This document shows, one piece after another, positions 18,632-28,960 of a stretch of 57,433 nt of DNA. The stretch is from the IMG/VR virus record IMGVR_UViG_3300007512_000043, positions 1-57,433 of that record. One strand, written 5' to 3'. Below the pieces are notes generated by a model, which had not been told where the DNA came from, searched no databases, and saw only the letters and a program-made list of their open reading frames with translations. Numbering within the stretch: position 1 is the stretch's first letter; each line of letters begins with the position of its first letter. The stretch comes from a virus. Its lineage: Duplodnaviria; Caudoviricetes. The position numbers and the translations under genes are program-made.

Positions 18632-19985
18632 CAGGATTACACCGAAGGACTTTAAGCGGTTTCTCCCAGAAGAGCGTGACACTATTGCTCAAGGCATATT
18701 AAAGTATGTTCAGTTTGCGATACTGTTCTGGCGTTGGTACAGGGATGCCTATGACTCTAGCGGGAACCCGGTTAACTCCATTCTGGAATCGGCATGTGAG
18801 TCTGGCTGCTTTGGTTCAAAAGTAATAGAAGAGGGCGTCCCAGAAAAAGGAAACCCTGTTGAGGAAAATGAAGACGGAACCGGAGAACCCAGCGACGGGG
18901 GCAAAGAGAATACAGTTCCCACTGTTCCTGTGCCGGGACCTGATGTTCCTCCTCCCAACAATGGCAAGCCCGGCAGTTTGGGTGATTGCTGCAAAAAACA
19001 CATTGGAAACTACAGTGATTTCTTCTTCTGGAAGGAGCCCAAGGGTGTCGATCTAAAGTGCAGCACAGGTCCCGGTGGCGGGGCTAGAAAGTTTATATCA
19101 ATTAAAAACGGATTGCCGTGGGGGCCGAAGTTTGAGACAGGGCAGGACAAGAGCAGCAACTTCAATACCCTTGTTGGTTGGACAGATGTAACCCGGGCAC
19201 CAAAGATGCACATCGATGTCCCAATCTCAGGCGGTGCAGGCGGCACTGGCTCGACTGAGACAGAAACGCTTCATCGATGGGACAGGGTGGTGATTCAGAT
19301 TTGGGGGTGGACCCCGGAGCTTCGAGCACTGGAGAATGAATCTGACTTGGAAACCTACCCTCCTATTCAGGGCTCTGTCCTTTACAACAAGGATTCAAGC
19401 CGCGTTAACTTTTTTCTTCAGAACGCATATGGTACCAGCGGCGGCGACTTCGGGGCTGAGATAACTTTAGAAAACAGTAGGCCGGAGCATGACTCAGACT
19501 TTGGAGAACAGATGAGAAACTTTACGATTCACATCTGCCCTTGGCATAACAGAAATGGAAAAGGCCCGGGGACACCTGTTAAAGATATAGAAAAAAAAGA
19601 CAGGTTCCCTCTGACGGTCAGAAAGGGAAACATATTAGCTGAGCAGCCGTACTTGGCACATATATGGGGGATAAGGATACTGCACCTGCACCAAGGGAAT
19701 TACAAAACCGATGGAAACATACCTTGGCAGGTTAAGTCGCCCAACAATTCGGTTGATTGGATAAACTGCCTTCTTGATGACCGATGGCAAAATGAAGAGC
19801 CCTGTTATGTGCCGAGCACTATCTCGGAAATTAATTGGAGCAAGAAGCCTAGGTCGTATGCCCCGCTATGGGGTTATGCAGAGGGGTCGCGAGCTGGTAT
19901 TTTTGATATTTACAAGGAACAGGATTTTAATGAAATGCCACTGACATATGAAAGTCATGTTAGTTTCGGAAAACGACAGCGCTAA
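18624..19985 (+). CDS. Putative tail appendage protein, N-terminus paralogous to 20004-22265
   Basis: AAGGAGG RBS before ATG 18624; N-terminus MPSRITPKDFK... aligns by eye with MPSPVTPNEIK... Confidence 0.6.
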   Translation: MPSRITPKDFKRFLPEERDTIAQGILKYVQFAILFWRWYRDAYDSSGNPVNSILESACESGCFGSKVIEEGVPEKGNPVEENEDGTGEPSDGGKENTVPTVPVPGPDVPPPNNGKPGSLGDCCKKHIGNYSDFFFWKEPKGVDLKCSTGPGGGARKFISIKNGLPWGPKFETGQDKSSNFNTLVGWTDVTRAPKMHIDVPISGGAGGTGSTETETLHRWDRVVIQIWGWTPELRALENESDLETYPPIQGSVLYNKDSSRVNFFLQNAYGTSGGDFGAEITLENSRPEHDSDFGEQMRNFTIHICPWHNRNGKGPGTPVKDIEKKDRFPLTVRKGNILAEQPYLAHIWGIRILHLHQGNYKTDGNIPWQVKSPNNSVDWINCLLDDRWQNEEPCYVPSTISEINWSKKPRSYAPLWGYAEGSRAGIFDIYKEQDFNEMPLTYESHVSFGKRQR

Positions 19986-20003
19986 AAACAAGGATACAAT
20001 AAA

Positions 20004-22265
20004 ATGCCATCACCAGTAACACCAAACGAAATTAAGGACACGCTTCCAAACGTGGACAGCAGTTTATGCGATAAGCTTAAGAAGGTAATAATTGATTTTC
20101 CCCGAAAGGTATATGCGTGGATGAGTTATATGTACAATGACGACGGCACCTTCTCGGAAGATTTCAAGCAGGAGATGTGCAGTATTAATTGCGACGACAT
20201 AAACAAGGGCCCAAATAGGCCTGACGTAGATAACGGGGGCGGTGGCGGGACTCCGCAAGTGAAGATAAAAGGTGCCATTGCAACTCCAGCAACCAGATAC
20301 GAAGGAGGCATAATGCTTATCTGGCCGAAGATGGACAACGCAGCATTCTACACCATATTAAGAACCCCAACCATCACAATTGATCACGACACACCGGGGT
20401 CCACTTATGCTGCCTCGGTGACAGCAGTCAAAGTTGAGGGGCTTCAGGAGGCACTGCCTTCGGGCAAGAAGGTTACGTTTGATAACGGCACGGTGTTAAC
20501 AACAACAGGAAATGCAGCCATAGGAACCACAGCAATAGCCTGTACACTGACCGGGGTTTTGCCAGATGGGGAACCCGGCCACCTTTCGGCAACAGATGCT
20601 AAGATTATTACCAAGGATAAAGACCTTTGGACCAACCCAAACTGGAGACAAATTGATCCCGGCCAGATTGGCCTCAGGCGAAACTCTTTTTGTTTCATTG
20701 ATGCACGCGGTATGGAGATATGGGACGGAACAGGCTACGAGACTCACGATGTCAATGGGAACCTCGCGAACGACCTGAAAGACGGACACAGGTATAATTA
20801 CTTTATTTGTTACAAGTCAGCCTCTGGAAAATACTCAGCATACTCTGATCCGGTTGTAGGATTCTCGAAGTATGTTAGGGGGTTCTCTACGGAAACAGGC
20901 ACAGAAGGACTTGCCTATTCCGGTGGTGATGATGCTTATTACGAGTATGATGTTAAATCTGATTTGACTTACCCGAACAGCGGCAAAAGCTACATGAGGG
21001 TTGTTCTCAGGGGCGGTGGTGGTGGCGGTGGTGCTGGTGGTGACTATGCGGAGCCGACAGGGGTAAGCTACTACGTTAAAGCTATTGCCTATGACGGACA
21101 GTTAAGCGATGAGTTTACTTTTACCTTGGGAGGGAGCCCAAACATAGAACACTTTCGGGAAGGCCAGAGGATCAAACTCAAGGACAACGGTAACACTAAG
21201 TTTAACGCTCATACTTTCATTATTAAAAGTGTAAGCAGCCCTCAATTTGTCTGCTACAAGATAGACGGTACTGAGAATCTGGCAGGTGAGTCTTCTCAGT
21301 CCAATGGTGGAACAATCCCCGGAACATCCGATGCGTCCCACGGGCAGGTTTACCGAGAGCTGGACAAGCAAAAGGTTAAAATTGCAGGAGGAGGCGGGGG
21401 CGCAGGCGGGCTGTTGATATGCGTGTTTGAAATTACGAATGCAATCACTGCGTTCAGGGTGCTTACAAAAGATTCCTCAAGTACGCCTAAGGTAGTAAAT
21501 TACTCTGACCAAGGAACTGCCCCGCTCAAGCAGATACTTATAGAACTTGATTCAGAGGTGGATGCTGACCATACGATACCATTTAATGTCGGAGGGGTGG
21601 GCAGGGTCAGCCCAACCGTACACCCCACCGCAGGCGAGCCTTCGACAAACCCCGGGGCGCACACCACGGTGGCTCAGGCTGGCGACCCGACCTTTTACTT
21701 TGCCACTGTGGATAAGACGGGCTATTTAGCACCTTACTTCACAACACTTCAGGTGAAAACAGGAGGTAATTGGGTAGAGGTGGCTAGGGTGGCTGATGGG
21801 CAGGGCGGTGGCTACAGGAATGGCTTTACTGATCTTGAATCTCTTGGGGGTAAAGGCGGCTCTACTTACACCACCACCAATATTACTGGTTGTGCGATCA
21901 GGACGACTGCGCTGTCGAAGTTAGCCGGGGCAAAGGACGGAAAGTTTTTCAAGAAGGGAACTAATGGAACTAATGGCGTTACATCTTCGCACTATGGCCC
22001 AGAAGGTGGAGCATTCGTTGGATCAGGAGGGTATGTGTGGGATGGGTTCAAGCCTATTGGCCCTAACACAGTGCTGGCAGCAGGTATGGGCGGTGACACA
22101 GCCGGAATGGCTGGAACATCTTTTTACCTAGACGCCCCGGGCGGGGGTGGGTCAGCAAGCTCAGGCTCTTCTGTTCAAACCGACACAAGTAATTGTTTTG
22201 GCGGGCATGCTATGGCTGGTTGCGCTTGGGTTACGTTCTCGGACAATGCTTACGATTTGTACTAA
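20004..22265 (+). CDS. Glycine-rich tail fibre/spike protein
   Basis: Gly-rich repeats (RGGGGGGGAGG, AGGGGGAGG, APGGGGS) typical of phage tail Gly-rich domains. Confidence 0.65.
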   Translation: MPSPVTPNEIKDTLPNVDSSLCDKLKKVIIDFPRKVYAWMSYMYNDDGTFSEDFKQEMCSINCDDINKGPNRPDVDNGGGGGTPQVKIKGAIATPATRYEGGIMLIWPKMDNAAFYTILRTPTITIDHDTPGSTYAASVTAVKVEGLQEALPSGKKVTFDNGTVLTTTGNAAIGTTAIACTLTGVLPDGEPGHLSATDAKIITKDKDLWTNPNWRQIDPGQIGLRRNSFCFIDARGMEIWDGTGYETHDVNGNLANDLKDGHRYNYFICYKSASGKYSAYSDPVVGFSKYVRGFSTETGTEGLAYSGGDDAYYEYDVKSDLTYPNSGKSYMRVVLRGGGGGGGAGGDYAEPTGVSYYVKAIAYDGQLSDEFTFTLGGSPNIEHFREGQRIKLKDNGNTKFNAHTFIIKSVSSPQFVCYKIDGTENLAGESSQSNGGTIPGTSDASHGQVYRELDKQKVKIAGGGGGAGGLLICVFEITNAITAFRVLTKDSSSTPKVVNYSDQGTAPLKQILIELDSEVDADHTIPFNVGGVGRVSPTVHPTAGEPSTNPGAHTTVAQAGDPTFYFATVDKTGYLAPYFTTLQVKTGGNWVEVARVADGQGGGYRNGFTDLESLGGKGGSTYTTTNITGCAIRTTALSKLAGAKDGKFFKKGTNGTNGVTSSHYGPEGGAFVGSGGYVWDGFKPIGPNTVLAAGMGGDTAGMAGTSFYLDAPGGGGSASSGSSVQTDTSNCFGGHAMAGCAWVTFSDNAYDLY

Positions 22266-24265
22266 TGCACATCCCACCAAAAACTAAATTATATGAGATG
22301 CGTCCGTTGACAGGGCCGCTCGACCCGCAGTCATCTCCCGATGGTGTTGCTGCCGGGGCTCATAGGTGGGTGCAGAACTTTCGTGTCAACAAGGACGGCA
22401 ATCTCCAGCGGTCTGAGGGCTTTAGGCGGTTTATGTACTCTGACTCGTCAAACAATAATGCCGACCTGCACAACCAGTTCCCGCTTAATGATGCAAGCAC
22501 CCCCGCACAGATTGCAACTGGAACAGAGGAGGACATAACATTTCTGTTCGAAGCCAAGGCGGCAAGCGGTGACACTAGGCTTCTCGCTGGAGGTTCAAAG
22601 AGAACTTACGTTTACAACCAGAAGTCCAATAACTGGAGGATAATCAGGAACTCGTCTACAGCTACTGGCAGATGGAAGGCCGCCCAGCTTGGGGAGGATG
22701 TTGTTTTTGTTAATGAAAACGAGAAGCCCCATTACTGGAAGATGGATCAACCAGCAGAGAACTCCTCAACGGGGTCTGTTCGCGAGATAGAAAGCTTCTC
22801 GGAGATCGGCTTGAATCGCATTCGACATATACAGGAGTGGCGAGGGCTGATGTTTTACGGGAATGTCAACGAAGGCAACGAGTGGATGCCTGATAGGCTC
22901 ATATGGTCTGACTTCAAGAAGCCGTTCAGCGTTGCGCCTGCTGAGGAGTCGCTCGCGGGGTACCAAGATTTGGGGCCGGGTGAGGACATTATAGGTATGG
23001 AGCCGCTTGGAAATGCTCTGCTTGTGTACACTTCCAAGGGGGTTTGGCAGTTTGAGGTTTCTGGCGGAACAGGCACGGATGTACTTTCTTTCAGGAAGAG
23101 GTACACCGATGAGGACAACGGGAACACAATCCCCGCCTATCCGAATACCATTATCAATGCGTCCGACAACCACTTCTATCTGGGGAGGGATGGGATTTAT
23201 TATTACAACATTTACAGGGCAGCACCCGATCAGCCTGATTGGCTAAAGGATGCTTCTGCTGTAATTTTCGATGGAATCAATTCTTCAGAGTGTGAGGCTC
23301 CTGTTGCGGCATTCAATGCAAGGACGGATGAAGTGTGGATAAGCTGGCCCGGCTCCACTCTCACAAAGAACTCGAAGTCGATTATAATAAATGTAAGGCA
23401 CAAGCATGTAACCTATTATGATGCCGGTTTCACCGCGCTGTCTAATTTTGTAAGCAAGGCATACACCAGCATAGGTGACTGGCTGACAACCAAGAACTAT
23501 GTGTGCAGCCCTCTTTCTATAGCAAGGCACAGGGACAGCACAGAGGGGTCTGTGATTTGCTCTGGCACATTAGACCTTTTGGACACCATCCCATCCCCGG
23601 CGCTTACAAGCATATACTCCACGACAAGTATAACAGTAACTGACGAGGGTCAGGATGGTGATGACCTCATCACGGAGGACTGGGATGCTGCCAGCACATC
23701 GGATCACAGCTTGTACGGGAACCTCGGGATTCAAAAATTTGCAGATATTTGTACTCAGGGATGCAGGGAGGAGCCAAGGTTTGTAATGGCGTATGCCAAG
23801 GATAACTGCCTGAAGGAAGATGGCGGTGCTTATTACAGGGAGCGCTGCACAGACAAGACAGGGTGTGGTGTTTACACGAAGGACACAGGGTACAAAAGCA
23901 TCCTTCGTTCCCCTGCTCTCAGGTTTAACAGTCCGAAGAACAACAAACTTCTTCGTGCCCTTACGGTTGAGTTTGAGCACGCACAAGCTGGCGGCAAACT
24001 GTCGTTGAGGGTGGGGAACGCAGCGCAATCAGTTGACCCGAACACCGTAGGCTCTAAGTGCGGCCTGCAATGGAGACAGCATGATGAGAAAGCCGTGGGG
24101 TGTGTGTCGGATATTAGAGACTTAAGCTTGCGTGCAGTTGAAGAATTAACTTGGCCTCTATATGAGCAGGGTAGAAATCTCTACTATGAGCTTAGCGTCT
24201 ACGGAACAGTAGGCAAGTTTGAGGCCTCAGCCATAAGACTCTATGCCGAAACTAAAACGTCGTAG
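22265..24265 (+). CDS. Tail nozzle / DNA stabilisation protein (P22 gp10 / T7 gp12-like beta-propeller, putative)
   Basis: About 666 aa, beta-rich, 'QNFRVNKDGNLQRSEG' near the start and 'RLIWSD'; position before the ejection proteins; TAATG coupling. Confidence 0.6.
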   Translation: MHIPPKTKLYEMRPLTGPLDPQSSPDGVAAGAHRWVQNFRVNKDGNLQRSEGFRRFMYSDSSNNNADLHNQFPLNDASTPAQIATGTEEDITFLFEAKAASGDTRLLAGGSKRTYVYNQKSNNWRIIRNSSTATGRWKAAQLGEDVVFVNENEKPHYWKMDQPAENSSTGSVREIESFSEIGLNRIRHIQEWRGLMFYGNVNEGNEWMPDRLIWSDFKKPFSVAPAEESLAGYQDLGPGEDIIGMEPLGNALLVYTSKGVWQFEVSGGTGTDVLSFRKRYTDEDNGNTIPAYPNTIINASDNHFYLGRDGIYYYNIYRAAPDQPDWLKDASAVIFDGINSSECEAPVAAFNARTDEVWISWPGSTLTKNSKSIIINVRHKHVTYYDAGFTALSNFVSKAYTSIGDWLTTKNYVCSPLSIARHRDSTEGSVICSGTLDLLDTIPSPALTSIYSTTSITVTDEGQDGDDLITEDWDAASTSDHSLYGNLGIQKFADICTQGCREEPRFVMAYAKDNCLKEDGGAYYRERCTDKTGCGVYTKDTGYKSILRSPALRFNSPKNNKLLRALTVEFEHAQAGGKLSLRVGNAAQSVDPNTVGSKCGLQWRQHDEKAVGCVSDIRDLSLRAVEELTWPLYEQGRNLYYELSVYGTVGKFEASAIRLYAETKTS

Positions 24266-24704
24266 TGATGAGGATGGGGATCGGGTCGATGAGATTCTAA
24301 GTGCAGCTCGGACAAGAACCCTAACCCCGGATGAGCTAAAGGAGGTTATATGGATTCTAGCTCCAGCCACCGACTGGCCAGCCTTCTATCACGACAACCA
24401 GCAGTTCTACTTCGATAACATATCTGGTGAGTTGTATACAGTTAAGGATGACGGGACTCGTCTCTATGTTGGATTTATACCGGACACCCTTGCCAATATG
24501 CTTGGCGGGGGAGGCGGCAACAGGGGTGGTGGTAATTTTGCCAGATTAGCCCCAACTGCTAAAAAGCTAAACATACCGCTGCCACCGTTCCCGAAGATAC
24601 CCGGAAACGTAAAGGCCAAGTTTCCAGAGCTAACAGAAAGCTGGGACAAATGGGAGGAGTCGGTTGAGCAGTGGGTTCAGTACGTCCAAAACCAATTGTC
24701 ATAA
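24243..24704 (+). CDS. Hypothetical protein
   Basis: 153-aa ORF overlapping the upstream gene. Confidence 0.6.
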   Translation: MPKLKRRSDEDGDRVDEILSAARTRTLTPDELKEVIWILAPATDWPAFYHDNQQFYFDNISGELYTVKDDGTRLYVGFIPDTLANMLGGGGGNRGGGNFARLAPTAKKLNIPLPPFPKIPGNVKAKFPELTESWDKWEESVEQWVQYVQNQLS

Positions 24705-25400
24705 ATGCCTTACACTCCAGAAGAGTCCGAGTTGGTCAAATACCTAGACCCCCAAGGTATTGGAACTGACGAGCCGCTGACTGGCACTCGATTCAGGGAG
24801 CTCAAGCTCACGGGCTGGACAGACAGGGATGAGAGTGGGGTGACCCCGCCGCTTTGGAACATCGGTTATAAGTGGAACTTTTTTTGGCTTGGGAAGCACA
24901 TACATTACCCTACCTTTGAGTTCCAACAGCATGTCGTTGGGTTTATCCCAAACATTATAAGTCTTTGGTATATCATGGCCCTGCTGACGTTTGCCCTTCG
25001 TCGCCCGCTTGATAAAGACCAGTGGGAGATAATCAATAGCTGGTGGAAACACTACAGTTCTTCGCTTGGAATAGGGGACGAGGTCTCTGACAGATGGTAC
25101 TCATACTACGTCGGCCCCAAGTTTTATTCTCATGCCATATACTTTGACCCGTCTGCTGAATTGGACTCAGCCCCCACTATCCTGAGGCTGGGTGGCAACA
25201 TGAAAGCCAATGAGCTAGGAGCTATGGGTGGCGGCACGATTGAGGTTGTGAAGCCCAGAGAAATTCCCCTTTTCCCGCAGTGGGATGATAAGATAATCAA
25301 TCGTTTTCATAGGTCGGACGACCCGGAAATGCGTAGTTACACAAAAGCGCTGGATGATTGGTCTGCGTTGATGCACAACGCCATCAGCCGATTAGCCTAA
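24705..25400 (+). CDS. Hypothetical protein (aromatic-rich)
   Basis: ATG directly follows the upstream TAA; 231 aa. Confidence 0.6.
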   Translation: MPYTPEESELVKYLDPQGIGTDEPLTGTRFRELKLTGWTDRDESGVTPPLWNIGYKWNFFWLGKHIHYPTFEFQQHVVGFIPNIISLWYIMALLTFALRRPLDKDQWEIINSWWKHYSSSLGIGDEVSDRWYSYYVGPKFYSHAIYFDPSAELDSAPTILRLGGNMKANELGAMGGGTIEVVKPREIPLFPQWDDKIINRFHRSDDPEMRSYTKALDDWSALMHNAISRLA

Positions 25401-25431
25401 GGGTGGGGCTGTGTGTTAAAATGCCGCCGCT

Positions 25432-26520
25432 ATGGCTGTATATGACAGAAATACTAATTCAACAACACCGATTGTCTTTGCCGGGTCTTCAAACCCTAAC
25501 ATAGCCCACTGGTTCTCAACCGCGCCAGCTAGGGAGGCATTCTCAACCGCGCCAGCTAGGGAGAAGTGGAGTAAAAGGCGCACACAACCCACATTAAATC
25601 AGTTCGGGTCGCCTATGCTGCTAAACCAACTGGGAAATAATTTTCCCCTTGCTGGCTCACCTTCTTGGCAGCAGCAGGAGGGGACAAAGAATCCGTACCA
25701 AGTTCTTGAAACACCTCGGTCAACCGACCTCGCAGACAGGATAAGAAAAATCCTTGGTGCCTCCGACAAGCAGCAACAGAAGGCTGAGAAGGCGGTGGGT
25801 AAATATGAGAGCGCTTTGAATCGTGCCCCGGCTGGGGCGTTTGCAAAGCAGGAGAGCGATTACCTGTCCAGATTCTATGACTCACGGGCACAGCAAGAGC
25901 TTGAGGGAATGAGGGAGAGGCAGGCTGATGCCCTTCGGCAGGCGGGTGATCTGGCCCGTGGGAACCTAAGGCGCGATCTAAAGGCGTCTGGATTCAGGAG
26001 CGGGGCGGGGGGCTCAAGCAGGCTCGACCGTTTTGCACTAGACCGTAATATGGCCATAGAGGCTGACATTGCGAATCGCATGTCGGCGGCTGAGCGAGGG
26101 GATTATGACTACCTGAACAGGATGAGGGCGAGTGCCCTAGGGCAGCGTGGGAACATCTACGATAGGTTGGCATCAAGGGAGCTGTTGCCTATGCAGGCAA
26201 GAAACCAAATGCTCCAGAATCAGCTCGGATTTCTTGGCAATGTGGGGCAACAGGAGAGAGCCAACACTCTTTATCACCTAGCTGAAACTCCTGAATACAC
26301 CCAGAACAAGGAGTATCAAGCAATGCTGGCACAGCAGGGGCTTCAACCTGTGAGGGTTCCGGGAACTAATTACGGTTATGACATGAATCAAACCGAGCCA
26401 TTTGCAAGGTTTCCAAGGGCACCTTGGGTTGGTTATGGGGTTAACCCAGTGAACAACCTGTACGGCTATCAGTACAGTATGCCTCAATACAGCTACCCTA
26501 ACGTAATACGACAAGTCTAA
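25432..26520 (+). CDS. Internal virion / ejection protein (putative)
   Basis: Q/A/R-rich helical protein in the position of podovirus ejection proteins. Confidence 0.55.
   Translation: MAVYDRNTNSTTPIVFAGSSNPNIAHWFSTAPAREAFSTAPAREKWSKRRTQPTLNQFGSPMLLNQLGNNFPLAGSPSWQQQEGTKNPYQVLETPRSTDLADRIRKILGASDKQQQKAEKAVGKYESALNRAPAGAFAKQESDYLSRFYDSRAQQELEGMRERQADALRQAGDLARGNLRRDLKASGFRSGAGGSSRLDRFALDRNMAIEADIANRMSAAERGDYDYLNRMRASALGQRGNIYDRLASRELLPMQARNQMLQNQLGFLGNVGQQERANTLYHLAETPEYTQNKEYQAMLAQQGLQPVRVPGTNYGYDMNQTEPFARFPRAPWVGYGVNPVNNLYGYQYSMPQYSYPNVIRQV
25513..25563 (+). repeat. In-frame tandem duplication, 24-bp perfect copy with 27-bp period
   Basis: TTCTCAACCGCGCCAGCTAGGGAG at 25513-25536 and 25540-25563 (FSTAPARE x2). 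Confidence 0.9.
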
Positions 26521-28952
26521 TGCCTACAATATATGACAACTTAAGGCGCTCTGGTTACCAGAGGCCGTGGATGAAGAACTATAAGGACCCTTTGTCGGCT
26601 CCAAGATATGGTGAATCCACCGGCTTCATAGGGGGAGGCGGCACCTACCACGATTCTCCCGGCGGCAAGGGCTTCACAAATACAACGAAATACTTTTCTG
26701 ATTACGCGCCGGGCACAGCCTATTCCTCGTTCGAGGAGGCGCTGGCCGTGGGCAAGGAAGCCAGAACAAGACAGGAGTTGGAGGATTACAAGAGGTATGC
26801 AATGGCACTGGGGATTCCCATCAGTGATGAGGGGTACGCCCAGTACAGTAAAGAGCGAGGGGCTGAGAGAGGCCTTGAGATGACCGCTGCCCAGAAGAAC
26901 GCGGAGATAGCCCGGGATCAGGCCAACAGGAACAGGAAGTATATGTTCGATGTTCTTCAGGCTGACAGGGCCGCAAGACTGAAGGCGCGTGATCAGCAAA
27001 TAGCCATCCAGAGAGAGAGAGGTAAACAGGACAGATGGTACGGGGGTGGCAGCGGCGGCGGTGGTGGCAGCGGTTACAGCCGTGCAAACAGGTCCACAAC
27101 TCAAGCTGTTACGGCTGTTGGGTCAGGCGCATTTAATAACGCTACTGAGAAACAAGTCGTGGATTATCTCATAAGGGCTGGAGTAAATGAGCATCAACTA
27201 AATACAGGGATAGCCAACTGGAGAAACAAGCGTACATCCTTTCAAAGGGGCAACGAGAAGTATACAACTGGGTTTGAGTCCCCAGCTACACAGGGGAGGG
27301 AACTTGGCAAGCAGCAGGAGCAGGACATTAAAGACCTTGTTGAAAGGGGGAACCTCACCGGGTTGGCTGACTTGCCTGTTGATAATATACCGGAGGGCAG
27401 GCGTCCCCACATTGAGGCATACATTAAGGACCGCCGACAATCGACACTTAATAATCGCGAGAAGGCTAGGCAGATTAAGATTATGTGGGATCAAATGTTT
27501 GAAGACCACAAAGCAGAACAGGAGGAAAGAGAACCGGATAAGAAATTTAAACCCTCCCCAGCTATGCAGGAGCAGTACCGCGAATTCATTAATGAACACA
27601 AGGAATTCGTTCTTGGGGACTGGCAAAATCCGCACTTTACAACGAGGTTTAATGATGAATTTGTAGGGGAGGACTTCGAATCTGTTAACCCGTTCTCTAA
27701 GGTGGTCGAACCCGGTGACGAGCCGGTAACCTTGCCGCCTTTCGACTCGCCTAGGGCTGATTGGGAAGGTGAGCTTGAAGAGATTAGAGGTTACGAGAGG
27801 AAATATGGAAGTCAGTTAGGCCCTTTTTCTGATGAGAAGGCAATAGATTCATCCTCTCCGCATATGCCGGTTATTGCAGAGAAGTACCGCAAGTCTGGTA
27901 TTCCGCGCAGGCTTTGGCCAGCCCAAGTGAAGGAGTTTGAGGCTCAAAGAGGGAGGGAATGGGGGCTTAGGCAGAGGGCGGCAAAAGGTGGTATGGATTA
28001 TGAGTCGCCTGAATTTCAGGCAATGATAAAGGCAGAGGAGGAGCAGGCCGCACACGATCAATTCATGGCTGACTACTCTAGGAAGCTAAGAGCAACCCAA
28101 AGGGAAAGGGAGCTGGCAAAGCCTCCCCAGCCCCAAGGCGCTGACACTGACGATCCATTTAAGCTGGCACAGTATGAAGCCATACTTGCTCCACCTATGC
28201 AACGTGATCCAATTGAAGTCGGCCTTGAGAAAGAAGCATTGAGAATAGGGATGCAAGAGGACATAGCTGCTGGGGGTGGTGAGCTTCCTGAGTATAGAGG
28301 CTTTGATATGGTTGAGGAATGGGAGGATAGGATTCCTCCGGTCCCTGCCCCTGAAACGTCTGCCTACAGGCCAACGCCGGTACCACCAGATGAGCATATC
28401 CCCTACTACTTAGGGAGGAACACAGTCTTTGCTGACCCGACTGATCAGGGCCTAGTGCCCGCTTGGGGAGCACAGGTGGCTGGGCCTCACCTTGAGAATC
28501 CCAATTGGGAAGCCCTTAAAGCAGGCGTAGGCGGCCTTGCAGCCGCGCCGTTTGATTCAGTGAAGGGTCTATCTTATGGCGTGAACAAGGGGTTAATTAA
28601 CCCGCTTTTATCCTTTGCTGAGACAGCGACAGGGGAGCCCTTTTCAGATTACCACCTCGCGACCGAGGGTATATTTCAGGATAGGGCAGCTCCAGTTATG
28701 AACCCGACCGCGTACACCAAGGACGGAAGGAAACCTAGGATAACCACAGAGCTCTTCATGAATAAACTTCTGCCAATAGCAGAGAGACAGGCAATGGCTG
28801 CTCGCCGCGCCGCAGGGAGGTCTGACACTGACGGTGTAACAGATGAGTCCATTGCTAATCTTCTTGAGCAGTTTGAGATTGTTGATATGGATAAGTTTTA
28901 CGAAGCCCAAGGCCTTGGTGAGCCGCCGTATCATGTATGGCCCAAAGGATGA
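26520..28952 (+). CDS. Internal virion / ejection protein (putative)
   Basis: 810 aa, charged and helical; TAATG coupling. Confidence 0.55.
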   Translation: MPTIYDNLRRSGYQRPWMKNYKDPLSAPRYGESTGFIGGGGTYHDSPGGKGFTNTTKYFSDYAPGTAYSSFEEALAVGKEARTRQELEDYKRYAMALGIPISDEGYAQYSKERGAERGLEMTAAQKNAEIARDQANRNRKYMFDVLQADRAARLKARDQQIAIQRERGKQDRWYGGGSGGGGGSGYSRANRSTTQAVTAVGSGAFNNATEKQVVDYLIRAGVNEHQLNTGIANWRNKRTSFQRGNEKYTTGFESPATQGRELGKQQEQDIKDLVERGNLTGLADLPVDNIPEGRRPHIEAYIKDRRQSTLNNREKARQIKIMWDQMFEDHKAEQEEREPDKKFKPSPAMQEQYREFINEHKEFVLGDWQNPHFTTRFNDEFVGEDFESVNPFSKVVEPGDEPVTLPPFDSPRADWEGELEEIRGYERKYGSQLGPFSDEKAIDSSSPHMPVIAEKYRKSGIPRRLWPAQVKEFEAQRGREWGLRQRAAKGGMDYESPEFQAMIKAEEEQAAHDQFMADYSRKLRATQRERELAKPPQPQGADTDDPFKLAQYEAILAPPMQRDPIEVGLEKEALRIGMQEDIAAGGGELPEYRGFDMVEEWEDRIPPVPAPETSAYRPTPVPPDEHIPYYLGRNTVFADPTDQGLVPAWGAQVAGPHLENPNWEALKAGVGGLAAAPFDSVKGLSYGVNKGLINPLLSFAETATGEPFSDYHLATEGIFQDRAAPVMNPTAYTKDGRKPRITTELFMNKLLPIAERQAMAARRAAGRSDTDGVTDESIANLLEQFEIVDMDKFYEAQGLGEPPYHVWPKG

Positions 28953-28960
28953 TTTAATAA

